In this document: positions 9,408 through 18,650 of the stretch, piece after piece
Layout of the letters: each line of letters opens with the position of its first letter
How positions within the stretch are numbered: the stretch's first letter is position 1
NCBI GenBank assembly: GCA_042564205.1
Contig: JBHPLN010000001.1
Location: forward strand, 13,626 to 77,625
Reading direction: 5' to 3'
DNA from: Fidelibacterota bacterium
GTDB taxonomy: Bacteria > Fidelibacterota > Marinisomatia > Marinisomatales > JAHJCW01
DNA: 64,000 bases
The notes under the pieces: generated by a model
What the model saw: only the letters and a program-made list of their open reading frames with translations
What the model was told of the DNA's origin: nothing
Database searches by the model: none
Translations under genes and position numbers: made by a program

Positions 9408-10514
9408 TTAAAGTTTATTATCGTTACTAATATCTTTTACTGAAGACCGCTCAACGAATTTTGACTTCAGTACTGTTTGCTTAACTTCTGTTTTATTATT
9501 TTGAATTCGATTTAATAAAATTTTCATACTTTCATGTCCCATCTCATGAATCGGCTGATGCATTGTTGTTAGTTCCATCGGGTGGGATCTTTTATATACT
9601 AAATCATCGTAGCCTGTAATAGATATATCATCCGGAATATGAATACCCATACTATTGGCAACGGAATATATGCGATACGCTACTCTATCATTTCCTGCAA
9701 AAATAGCCGTAAACTTGTTTTTTTGAGTTAATAATTCAGTAATCGCATCTATATAAATATCTTTATTATACGGTCCGACATCAGCAATTACTATGGATGT
9801 ATCCATTTTAATATCATTATCGTTTAACGCTTTTTTATAGCCTTCAAATCGCTGTCTTTCAGTACTGAATCGAGTACTCAAAATTGTAGCTATTTTCTTA
9901 TGTCCTTTCTTAATTAAATATTGGTTTAATTCATATGCACCTTCAAAATTATTTGTTGTCACATAATCAACTTCAACATTTTGGATCGTGCGGTCCGCTA
10001 AAACAACTGGAATGTTTTGTTCCTGCAGCGTGGCAATAATTTTTTTATTTTTCTCATCTGATGCCGCAGTCGGAATAAAAACAACGCCTTGTACTCCATT
10101 TTCTATAAAGCGCTCTACGTGATAATTCGCTTTCTCGTACAAATCATCTGTATTCCCTAAGATGACGCTATGTTTGGAAATTATTGCCTCATCCTCAAAG
10201 CCCCTTGAGAGTTCTGGGGCATAACCTTTTCTAATATCGGGTAATAATATCCCAATTACAGGTCTTTCATTATTTCGTTTAACCCGCTTCAATACAAACG
10301 TGCCCAATCTTCTTTTTCTAACTAAATATCCATGCTGGGCTAAATTTTGAATTGCGTGTCTGACCGTTGCCCTGGCAAGTCCTGTTGTTTTTACAAACTC
10401 TTCTTCAGTGGGTATGCTGTCGCCAGGCTGATATACTCCATGTTCGATTTGCTCAATTAACCATGTCTGGAGTTGATAGTATTTAGGTATTGGGCTGTTT
10501 TTATCTATTATCAC
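9408..10514 (-). CDS. Transcriptional regulator with GntR-type wHTH N-terminus and LacI/PBP1-type sugar-binding C-terminus (AraR architecture)
   Basis: N-terminus PKYYQL...GD.IPTEEEF...TGLARATVRHAIQNL is GntR-like. The C-terminal 270 aa resembles the LacI-family effector domain (GILLPDI.., VVFIPT.., AIFAGNDRVA). GTG start. Confidence 0.8.
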   Translation of the reverse strand: MIIDKNSPIPKYYQLQTWLIEQIEHGVYQPGDSIPTEEEFVKTTGLARATVRHAIQNLAQHGYLVRKRRLGTFVLKRVKRNNERPVIGILLPDIRKGYAPELSRGFEDEAIISKHSVILGNTDDLYEKANYHVERFIENGVQGVVFIPTAASDEKNKKIIATLQEQNIPVVLADRTIQNVEVDYVTTNNFEGAYELNQYLIKKGHKKIATILSTRFSTERQRFEGYKKALNDNDIKMDTSIVIADVGPYNKDIYIDAITELLTQKNKFTAIFAGNDRVAYRIYSVANSMGIHIPDDISITGYDDLVYKRSHPMELTTMHQPIHEMGHESMKILLNRIQNNKTEVKQTVLKSKFVERSSVKDISNDNKL

Positions 10515-10529
10515 AACTTTATTTGTCTA

Positions 10530-10543
10530 ATTGTATATACAAT
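10530..10543. promoter_or_regulatory. Candidate operator 1: perfect 14-bp palindrome ATTGTATATACAAT
   Basis: Perfect palindrome 16 bp upstream of the regulator start codon. Same 12-bp core as 10745-10756. Resembles the AraR box half-sites TTGTAC/GTACAA and the GntR GT-N-AC rule. Confidence 0.5.
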
Positions 10544-10744
10544 ATAAAAGCGATTTATTGATTCAAGCAAGTGGATTTCTGCTTATAATTATATACAAAT
10601 CCAATAATATTATACCATTGATGTTCAGTTAAAATAATTTGTGTTAAGTATATATAATTAATTATATTATATTTATAAGTATCATTCCTTTATGTATTTT
10701 CAGAGAATATTTGTCTTGATATTTAAATTTTGTTGTTTTACAAT

Positions 10745-10756
10745 TTGTATATACAA
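10745..10756. promoter_or_regulatory. Candidate operator 2: 12-bp palindrome TTGTATATACAA
   Basis: Identical 12-bp core to operator 1, 37 bp upstream of the TonB-dependent receptor ATG. Confidence 0.5.
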
Positions 10757-10792
10757 TAATACTATTATGACCTAACTTAAAAGGGGGTCCCC

Positions 10793-13558
10793 ATGATCCG
10801 AAAAAAATCATTTTTGTATCTATTCTCCGTTCTGATGATTTGTCTCCAGGTTTCAATAGCTGGAACAGTAACAGGCCGAGTAACAGATGCAACCACAAAT
10901 GACTATTTACCCGGTGCTAACGTTTTAATCCAAGGAACTAACTACGGTGCTGCTACTGATCGTGCTGGTTCATTCAGTATACCAAATATTCCGAGTGGCG
11001 ATTACACGTTATCAGTTCAGTACATTGGTTATACTGAATACACTCAAGAAATCACAGTATCCGAAAACATAAGGGATAATCATTTCGAAATCGTGATGAA
11101 TGTAAGCTTTGTTGAAATGGGGGATGTAGTTGTTGAAGGATTGAGGCATGGTCAAGCGAAAGCATTGAGTCAGCAGAAATCAGCAGACAACATTAAAAAT
11201 ATTGTATCCGAGGAACAGATGGAAAAATTCCCCGATATCAACTCTGCTGAAGCTATGCAAAGACTACCTGGAATTTCTATTCAACGCGACCAGGGTGAAG
11301 GACGTTACGTGCAAATAAGAGGAACTCCTCCCCGAATGAATTCAATGAAGGTTAATGGAGAGAATATCCCTTCCCCAGAAGGTGGCGATCGCACAGCACA
11401 GATGGATATTATTCCTGCCGATCAACTTGCATCAATTGAGGTAATTAAAGCGATAACACCCGATATGGATGCAAATGCTATAGGCGGTGCAGTAAATTTG
11501 ATTACAAAAAGTGCACTCGATTATGAAGAACCGGTTTTTAATGCTACTGCAGGTGGAGGCTACGCAAATATTTTAGGAAAAGGTATTTATCAGGGCGCCG
11601 TTAATTATGGTACCAGATTTGGTGAGAACAAAGATTTTGGTATTATGTTCAGTGCAAGTTATTTAAGATCAGATCGTGGATCTCACAACAACGAAATGGA
11701 ATGGGGTGAAGTTGACGACAACGACGACAATGAAATACCCTGGGCTTTAGAGAATATAGCATTAAGGCATTATGATGTTAGAAGAGATAGAATGGGTTTT
11801 TCTACCAATTTGGATTATCGACCTGATAATGATAATTCGTATTCGATCAAAGCTCTATATGATGAGTATCTGGACATTGAAACTCGAAATGAACTTACCG
11901 TTGAACCTGACGGTTTCAATACAGCAACAGATTTAACCGAAGCCGAGTTTGTTCATGAGATGAAAACAAGAGATCAAGCAGTATCACTTTATAGTATTAC
12001 GGGTAGCGGTAAAAATCATTTCGGCGCCTTTACGCTTGATTACTCTTTGTCATACAATTATGCTCAAGAAAAAGAAGACAGACATTTCGAACCAGCATTT
12101 GAAATGGATGAAACCCCTGATATGACATGGAACCTTTCAGATCGTGATAATCCGCAATTTATAATTGACGACCCCGACCAGGATTATTACCTTAATGCGG
12201 ACAACTTCGTTTTGGATGCTATGGAATGGCACGACAACTTAACAACCAGTACAGATATAATCGGATCTGTTAATTTTGAGACACCACTTAGCTTTATGGG
12301 AAGCCAAACCAAGTTGAAATTTGGTGGTAAAGTCTCAATGAAGGATAAAGAACGTGAAGAAAATATATGGGATTATGAATGGGATGGTGATGATGATTTA
12401 TTATTGAGTCAGTTTACCGGTGATGATGTATCTGATTTACTTGATGATAAATATAATTTCGGACCTACTATTGACCCGGGTAAAATGGAAGATTTTTTCG
12501 ATGCCAATAAAAATGGTGACTTTGTGGGTGAATTTATTAATGAAGATTCAGATGCTGCTACTTATGATGCAACTGAAGATATTTTCGCGTTTTATCTTCA
12601 GGCAACAATGAATTTTGATAATCTCATGATTCTTGCCGGTTTTCGTAACGAAATTACAAAGACATCTTACAACGGTAATGAGGTAGTTTTCGACGATGAA
12701 GGTGATTATGTTGAAACTAATCCACTTTCTGCTGAGAAATCTCATAATCATATTTTACCATCTCTCCATGTTAAATATTCTGTTTCACCACAGACTAATA
12801 TTCGGGCAGCTTTCACAAGTGGTTTAGCACGACCTCATTATGAACACATGGTACCTTTTAGTGTTGTATTGCATGAGGATGAAGAAATAGAAAGAGGAAA
12901 TGCTGACTTGGTACCAACTACAGCTTATAGTTTTGATCTTTTAGGAGAACATTATCTTTCAGGTATTGGTATTGTATCAGGTGGAGTCTTCTACAAGATC
13001 TTAGATGATATAATTTATCCTACCGTTATTGAGGAAGATGGTGGAATCTATGACGGCTATGAAGTTTCACAACCATGGCAACCCGAAGGCGCTGATCCTG
13101 CTACAATTATGGGAGTTGAAGTAAACTGGCAGCAACAATTATCATTCTTACCCGGGTTCCTTAACGGGTTTGGAATAAATGCAAACTACACCTATACTGA
13201 ATCAGCTGCCGATCTACCGGGTAGAACTGATATAACATTACCGGGACAAGCAGGTAATACGGCTAACTTTGCATTAAGTTATCAAAAAGCCGGATTTACT
13301 GGCCAATTCAGTATTAATTATCAGGATAGTTTTATCAGTGAAGTTGGTGAAGATGCAGATCATGATATTTATTATAAAGATCATATTCAGTTCGACTTCT
13401 CCGCCAATCAGGAAATCAAGAAAGGATTGAATGCTTATTTTCAGTTAGTAAATCTGAACAACGCTCCCCTTACTTTCTATATGGGAAAAGAAGACAGACC
13501 TATACAACGTGAATACTACTCCTGGTGGATGCAGGCAGGTTTGAAATTTGATTTCTAG
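10793..13558 (+). CDS. TonB-dependent outer-membrane receptor with N-terminal CarboxypepD_reg-like domain
   Basis: Signal peptide, then GTVTGRVTD..PGANV..G...TD..G.F.I.NIP.G.Y.L.V..IGY (carboxypeptidase-regulatory fold). Plug motifs follow (NIKNIVSEEQMEKFPD, RYVQIRG), then a long beta-barrel ending in aromatic ..GLKFDF. RBS AAAGGGGG. Confidence 0.9.
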   Translation: MIRKKSFLYLFSVLMICLQVSIAGTVTGRVTDATTNDYLPGANVLIQGTNYGAATDRAGSFSIPNIPSGDYTLSVQYIGYTEYTQEITVSENIRDNHFEIVMNVSFVEMGDVVVEGLRHGQAKALSQQKSADNIKNIVSEEQMEKFPDINSAEAMQRLPGISIQRDQGEGRYVQIRGTPPRMNSMKVNGENIPSPEGGDRTAQMDIIPADQLASIEVIKAITPDMDANAIGGAVNLITKSALDYEEPVFNATAGGGYANILGKGIYQGAVNYGTRFGENKDFGIMFSASYLRSDRGSHNNEMEWGEVDDNDDNEIPWALENIALRHYDVRRDRMGFSTNLDYRPDNDNSYSIKALYDEYLDIETRNELTVEPDGFNTATDLTEAEFVHEMKTRDQAVSLYSITGSGKNHFGAFTLDYSLSYNYAQEKEDRHFEPAFEMDETPDMTWNLSDRDNPQFIIDDPDQDYYLNADNFVLDAMEWHDNLTTSTDIIGSVNFETPLSFMGSQTKLKFGGKVSMKDKEREENIWDYEWDGDDDLLLSQFTGDDVSDLLDDKYNFGPTIDPGKMEDFFDANKNGDFVGEFINEDSDAATYDATEDIFAFYLQATMNFDNLMILAGFRNEITKTSYNGNEVVFDDEGDYVETNPLSAEKSHNHILPSLHVKYSVSPQTNIRAAFTSGLARPHYEHMVPFSVVLHEDEEIERGNADLVPTTAYSFDLLGEHYLSGIGIVSGGVFYKILDDIIYPTVIEEDGGIYDGYEVSQPWQPEGADPATIMGVEVNWQQQLSFLPGFLNGFGINANYTYTESAADLPGRTDITLPGQAGNTANFALSYQKAGFTGQFSINYQDSFISEVGEDADHDIYYKDHIQFDFSANQEIKKGLNAYFQLVNLNNAPLTFYMGKEDRPIQREYYSWWMQAGLKFDF

Positions 13559-13595
13559 GCATTAAGAGTAAGAATAGTTAAAGATAACAAAAAAA

Positions 13596-13630
13596 ACTGG
13601 CGTAATTTTTTTAGTGCGCCAGTTTTTTTT
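13596..13630 (+). terminator. Rho-independent terminator (A-tract/hairpin/T-tract, potentially bidirectional)
   Basis: ACTGGCG (13596-13602) pairs with CGCCAGT (13617-13623) and is followed by T8. Confidence 0.7.
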
Positions 13631-13677
13631 AAAGATAAAATTAATAGACGTAGAACAAGTTAATAAAAGAGAGTAAA

Positions 13678-14811
13678 ATGAAAATATTTAACAAAGCACA
13701 ATATATTACCGCCATCCTATTAATTACGATTTTTTCCATTTTCACAATAGGATGCGAAAAAAAAGTAAATACTTATGTTATTAAACCTGCAGTCGTTACC
13801 GAAATAATACCACATGATACTGATGATCCGGCAATATGGATCAATCCCGAAGATCCATCAAAAAGTTTAATTATTGGTACCGACAAAGATGATGACGGAG
13901 CACTATATGTCTATGATCTGGATGGGAATATAATTGAGGAAAAGACTGTAAAAAATTTAAAACAACCAAACAATGTTGATATTGAATACGGGATAATTCT
14001 GAATGGCGTAGCCACTGACATTGCGGTAACAACTGAAAGATTAGCAAATAAAATCCGTGTTTACAGTTTACCAGATATGAAAGAAATTGATAATGGGGGG
14101 ATTGAAGTTTTTGAAGGTGAGGATTTAAATGCTCCAATGGGAATTTCACTATATAATCGACCATCTGATGGAAATATATATGCTATAGTAGGCAGGAAAA
14201 AAGGGCCATCAACTGGGTACTTGTGGCAGTATTTGCTTGAAGATGATGGCAACGGTAATGTAAAAGGTACAAAAGTCAGATCATTTGGCAATTACAGCGG
14301 TTTTAAAGAAATTGAATCGATCGCAGTAGATGATGATTTAGGGTATGTGTATTATTCAGATGAGCAGATTGGTGTAAGGAAGTATCATGCAGATCCTGAT
14401 GCACCAGAAGCAGACAAAGAATTGGCAATAATTCCTACGCAAGATTATCTAAAAGATAATGAAGGAATTTCAATTTACTGTAACGATGACGGAACCGGTT
14501 ATATTTTAGTTTCTGATCAAAACGCAAGTAGATTTAGAATTTATTCAAGAGAAGGTACTCCTGAAGAGTTAGATGAAGATCCTGAAGATTACGTACCTGC
14601 TCGTCCACATTTACATAAATTATTAAAAATTGTTAATGTTTCAACGCTACGAAGTGATGGTTCAGAAGTTACCAAGGTAGCTCTTGGTAATAAATTTCCA
14701 ACCGGTTTATTCGTAGCAATGTCAGATGATAAGACTTTCCAATTGTATCATTGGTCAGATATAGCAGGTGATGATTTGGAAGTGATGACAACTAATCTTT
14801 ATAATCTATAA
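13678..14811 (+). CDS. Beta-propeller phytase (3-phytase, BPP family), lipoprotein
   Basis: Lipobox FTIGC. Collinear matches to Bacillus PhyC as I recall it: DDPAIW, NNVDI, DIAVTT.R, ESIAVDD..GYVYYSDE, DNEGISIY...G.GYILVSDQ..S.F.IY. Confidence 0.85.
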   Translation: MKIFNKAQYITAILLITIFSIFTIGCEKKVNTYVIKPAVVTEIIPHDTDDPAIWINPEDPSKSLIIGTDKDDDGALYVYDLDGNIIEEKTVKNLKQPNNVDIEYGIILNGVATDIAVTTERLANKIRVYSLPDMKEIDNGGIEVFEGEDLNAPMGISLYNRPSDGNIYAIVGRKKGPSTGYLWQYLLEDDGNGNVKGTKVRSFGNYSGFKEIESIAVDDDLGYVYYSDEQIGVRKYHADPDAPEADKELAIIPTQDYLKDNEGISIYCNDDGTGYILVSDQNASRFRIYSREGTPEELDEDPEDYVPARPHLHKLLKIVNVSTLRSDGSEVTKVALGNKFPTGLFVAMSDDKTFQLYHWSDIAGDDLEVMTTNLYNL

Positions 14812-14837
14812 TATTGTAATGTAAATTGTTAATAATT

Positions 14838-14884
14838 GTGAGGGGGTAGCTATTCATCATTGATGCTTCCCCCTCACTCTTTCT
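14838..14884 (+). terminator. Rho-independent terminator
   Basis: GTGAGGGGG (14838-14846) pairs with CCCCCTCAC (14869-14877), followed by a T-rich tail. Confidence 0.6.
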
Positions 14885-14917
14885 AGACAAACATCAAAAC
14901 ATAATCAATTTATTCCT

Positions 14918-15892
14918 ATGTATATGAATCTGCTAATAATCATTATTTTAGGATTCAATCTCCTTGTAGCTCAAGATTCATTTACTTTCAATTACTGTAA
15001 TTCGCAACCCGAACAACATCCGCGTAGTCAATCAATGATTTTTTTCAAAAATGAAATTGAAAGACGTACAAACGACAGGATACATGTTGAAAACTATTTT
15101 TCCGCAATATTAGGAACCGAGATGGAAGTCCTTGATATGGTTGCCACAGGTGCATTGCAAGGTACTCGTAGTGGTGGTTTCATTCATGCAAACAAAAAAT
15201 ATTATCTTTTTATGTTACCCTTTCTGGTTGATAATTGGGATCAAGCGATTCAACTGGTTAACAGCGAATTCACAAATGCCATTAATAAAGAAGCACAATC
15301 CAACGGATTTCATATCCCTGCCTGTGGAATTTCTCAAGGGTTTCGAGCTCATACAAATAATGTACGTCCAATTCAATCTCCAGAAGACTTAAAAGGTCTA
15401 AAAATGCGTGTACCAGCGCAAGAAGTATACGTTGTGAATTCACAAATTCTGGGCGTTAATCCACAGCAATTACCATATAGTGAAGTCTATATGGCACTGA
15501 AAACAGGAGTAGTTGATGGACAGGATAATGCAGTGTCAAATATCTGGGATTTTAAAATATATGAAGTCCAGAAATATCTCACCATATCCTATTATGCTAC
15601 TGGTCCCGATCCATTCATGGTGAATCTTGATTGGTATAACAGCCTGCCCATTGAACTTCAAAAGACATTTGATGAAGTGGCGCTGGAAACAATGAAATAT
15701 AGTGATCAACTGAATCGTGAGCAGGAAGGATTATACATAACGCAGCTTGAAGAAAAGCTCGAAACAAATTATGTAACCCCGGGCGATCTGAAAAAATTTC
15801 GCACAGCAACACTACCTGTTTATCAATATTTTATAGATAAGGGTTATTTTTCCTGGGATGATATCAGATCTGCTCGTGAAAGCATCAAATAA
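14918..15892 (+). CDS. TRAP transporter substrate-binding protein (DctP family)
   Basis: DctP-family pattern including the carboxylate-binding Arg context (QGFRAHTN) and LKTGVVDGQDN. Followed by DctQ and DctM genes. Confidence 0.85.
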   Translation: MYMNLLIIIILGFNLLVAQDSFTFNYCNSQPEQHPRSQSMIFFKNEIERRTNDRIHVENYFSAILGTEMEVLDMVATGALQGTRSGGFIHANKKYYLFMLPFLVDNWDQAIQLVNSEFTNAINKEAQSNGFHIPACGISQGFRAHTNNVRPIQSPEDLKGLKMRVPAQEVYVVNSQILGVNPQQLPYSEVYMALKTGVVDGQDNAVSNIWDFKIYEVQKYLTISYYATGPDPFMVNLDWYNSLPIELQKTFDEVALETMKYSDQLNREQEGLYITQLEEKLETNYVTPGDLKKFRTATLPVYQYFIDKGYFSWDDIRSARESIK

Positions 15893-15906
15893 GCGCGAGT
15901 CTTTAA

Positions 15907-16398
15907 TTGAAAAAAATGAAATGGTTAAAAAAAATTGAACTGGTTTTCACTCGGCTTTTAGAATACATCCTTCGCCTTCTTTTTTTATGTTTTTTAACTA
16001 TAGTTATTGTTTTGGTATTTCTACGGTATGGATTTAATACAACAATTGTTGGGGGAAATGAGTTAATTGTAATACTGTTTATCTATACTTCGGCTATCGG
16101 AGCGGCCGTTATTATTGGTAGAAAGGAACATATCGCGATTACCTATTTTGTTCAAAAAATGTCCCCACAAATAAATCGATTAGTTAATATATTAAATTTT
16201 TTATTGGTTGCAATTCTAAATGGTGCCTTGATCAAATACAGTTTTCCGTGGATTAGTAAGACCGGCAGCTATTCAACAGCCACATTAGGGATACCGCAGT
16301 TGTACTTGCAAATAATAGTACCAATAAGTTGTAGTATAGCAATTTTTTATTGCCTAGTTCAAATATTTCTGTTGTTAAACCCCGCGAAAACACATTAG
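15907..16398 (+). CDS. TRAP transporter small permease (DctQ family)
   Basis: 163-aa four-TM protein between DctP and DctM. The start could be TTG 15907 or ATG 15916. Confidence 0.75.
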   Translation: MKKMKWLKKIELVFTRLLEYILRLLFLCFLTIVIVLVFLRYGFNTTIVGGNELIVILFIYTSAIGAAVIIGRKEHIAITYFVQKMSPQINRLVNILNFLLVAILNGALIKYSFPWISKTGSYSTATLGIPQLYLQIIVPISCSIAIFYCLVQIFLLLNPAKTH

Positions 16399-16405
16399 TT
16401 AATCC

Positions 16406-17692
16406 ATGGTAATCTTGTTAATCAGCTTAATTATTTTTTTAGTACTGGGTATCCCGGTTGCCTACGCTTTAGGCTTATCAGCATTAAGCTACTTCTTCAT
16501 TTATTATCCTGATCTATTAATAATATTACCGCAGAGATTTTTTTCCGGTTTGAATATGTATGCTTTAATAGCCTTACCACTATTCATACTTATGGGATTG
16601 CTCATGAACAAAACTAAGATCACTTCACGTCTCATCGATTTTAGTTTACTAATTGTTGGCAGATTTCGTGGAGGCCTGGGCCTAGTAAATGTTGTGGCTA
16701 GTATGATTTTTGGCGGAATATCCGGGTCTTCTGCTTCTGACACTGCTTCAATCGGAGCGGTGCTCATACCGGAAATGGAGAAACGTGGTTACCCTAAACA
16801 ATTCGCAGCCGGTATCACGGTTGCATCTTCAACAATGGGCATGATCATCCCCCCTAGTATACCTATGGTCCTTTATGCGATTATCGCCGAGGAATCGGTT
16901 GGAAAACTCTTTTTAGGCGGGCTGATACCAGGCGTAATGATCGGAGTATTTCAATTAGCGATTGTAATACTGATTTCGATTAAAAATAAATACCCCAAAG
17001 AAGAAGTTAGTTTATCATATAAAAACATTTTTTATCAAATTAGACGCTCTAGCCTCGCCCTTATTATGCCAATTTTCGTGGTTGGATCGGTTGTTTTTGG
17101 TATTGCTACTGCAACAGAATCAGCAGCAATTGGTGTATTTTATGCCTTTTGTGTTGGCTTGATATTTCTTGGGATCAGTGGATTTAAGAAATATTTCACA
17201 AAAACTATCCCCGATTGTCTTAATTCCGCAATCCTGACCAGTGCAAAAATCATGATCGTGATAGCCTTTTCAAAATTATACATTTGGATCCTTGCGCTTG
17301 AACGAGTACCGCAGACCATAGCTACATTTATGATTACAATGAATTTTTCTCCTGTCATCATGTTACTCTTTATAGTAGTAGTAATTCTGATAGCAGGTAC
17401 CTTTATTGATGTGAGTCCGGCTATTCTATTATTAACTCCGGTGTTCTTGCCAGCCTGCGTTGCTGTCGGAATATCACCAATCCAGTTTGGTGCAATATTA
17501 ATAACCGGCTTAGCCGTGGGAGCTGTGACGCCACCGGTTGGAACTTGTATTAATGTTGGATCGGCTATTTCCGGCCTTGGAATTGGAACAATATTCAGAG
17601 GAGCAGCACCATTCTTAGCAGCAAATATTATAACCCTGATATTAATCAGCATATTTCCACAACTGACATTATGGATACCATCCCTATTTTAG
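16406..17692 (+). CDS. TRAP transporter large permease (DctM family)
   Basis: 428-aa polytopic protein with DctM-like motifs (GIPVAYALG, ALPLFILMG, GGISGSSASD, PPSIPMV). Confidence 0.9.
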   Translation: MVILLISLIIFLVLGIPVAYALGLSALSYFFIYYPDLLIILPQRFFSGLNMYALIALPLFILMGLLMNKTKITSRLIDFSLLIVGRFRGGLGLVNVVASMIFGGISGSSASDTASIGAVLIPEMEKRGYPKQFAAGITVASSTMGMIIPPSIPMVLYAIIAEESVGKLFLGGLIPGVMIGVFQLAIVILISIKNKYPKEEVSLSYKNIFYQIRRSSLALIMPIFVVGSVVFGIATATESAAIGVFYAFCVGLIFLGISGFKKYFTKTIPDCLNSAILTSAKIMIVIAFSKLYIWILALERVPQTIATFMITMNFSPVIMLLFIVVVILIAGTFIDVSPAILLLTPVFLPACVAVGISPIQFGAILITGLAVGAVTPPVGTCINVGSAISGLGIGTIFRGAAPFLAANIITLILISIFPQLTLWIPSLF

Positions 17693-17740
17693 TAAAAACA
17701 ATTTTAATCAAAAAAAACAAATGATGAAGGAAAAAAGAAA

Positions 17741-18634
17741 ATGAAAAATATTGGTATTATAGGTCTTGGTGACATGGGCATTGGTATGGCTAGCAATATA
17801 GTAAAAAGTGGCTTCAACCTTTATGGATTTGATCTTCGTGAAGAGCGTTTAAATCTATTTAAACAGTTAGGCGGAAAATCAGCAGCAAGCTATCAAAAAA
17901 TTGCTGAAAACGCAGATATTGTTTTTATAATGGTTCTTAATGGGGCGCAAGTTAAAGAGATTGTGCTTGGGGAATCGGGTTTAATAAAGTATCTAAAACC
18001 AGGTTCAACAATCATTATAACAGCAACAATTAATCCTTCAGAAGTAAAAGATCTTATAACTCCGTTACTTGAAAAAAATATCAACCTGGTTGACTCGCCC
18101 GTTAGTGGTGGAAAAGCGGGGGCTGACAGTGGAACACTTACCCTAATGACAGCCGCGAAAAAAGAGGTTCTCGAGGAATGTAAAAATGTGCTGGAGGCCA
18201 TAGGACAAAATATTTTTCATGTAGGTGAAGAAATTGGCATAGGACAAACTGTAAAAGCAGCATTACAGGCATTTATTGGTGCAAGCTTTACTGCGATTTT
18301 CGAATCCCTAGTATTAGGCGTAGCAGCAGGGGTAAAAGCTGAAACTCTTTATGAAGTTTTTAGTGCTAGTGGCGTAAGCAGCCCCTTATTTAAGAATTCC
18401 GCAAAACTTATTATGGATCGAAAATTCAAAGGTACAGGAAGCCATATCGGAACAATGTATAAAGATCTTGGAATTTCAATGAATATGGCAAAAGAAAATG
18501 GAGTTGCGATGTTCACTGCTGGTGCAGCACATGAATTATTCCGGGCGGGTATGTCACTTTTCCCAGAAGAGGATAATTGGGCTATTGTAAAGTTGTTAGA
18601 ACAGATAGCAGGAATAAAAGTAAAAATTCAATAA
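17741..18634 (+). CDS. NAD-dependent beta-hydroxyacid dehydrogenase (3-hydroxyisobutyrate/tartronate-semialdehyde reductase family)
   Basis: IGIIGLGDMGIGMASN Rossmann motif, DSPVSGG and KD motifs of the HIBADH family. Confidence 0.85.
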   Translation: MKNIGIIGLGDMGIGMASNIVKSGFNLYGFDLREERLNLFKQLGGKSAASYQKIAENADIVFIMVLNGAQVKEIVLGESGLIKYLKPGSTIIITATINPSEVKDLITPLLEKNINLVDSPVSGGKAGADSGTLTLMTAAKKEVLEECKNVLEAIGQNIFHVGEEIGIGQTVKAALQAFIGASFTAIFESLVLGVAAGVKAETLYEVFSASGVSSPLFKNSAKLIMDRKFKGTGSHIGTMYKDLGISMNMAKENGVAMFTAGAAHELFRAGMSLFPEEDNWAIVKLLEQIAGIKVKIQ

Positions 18635-18650
18635 CCGATAAGGAGATATC

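Noticed and set aside
10662-10898. 78-aa minus-strand ORF spanning the divergent control region
   Set aside because: It overlaps the TBDR start and the operator/promoter region. No RBS and no recognisable fold, so it is likely spurious.
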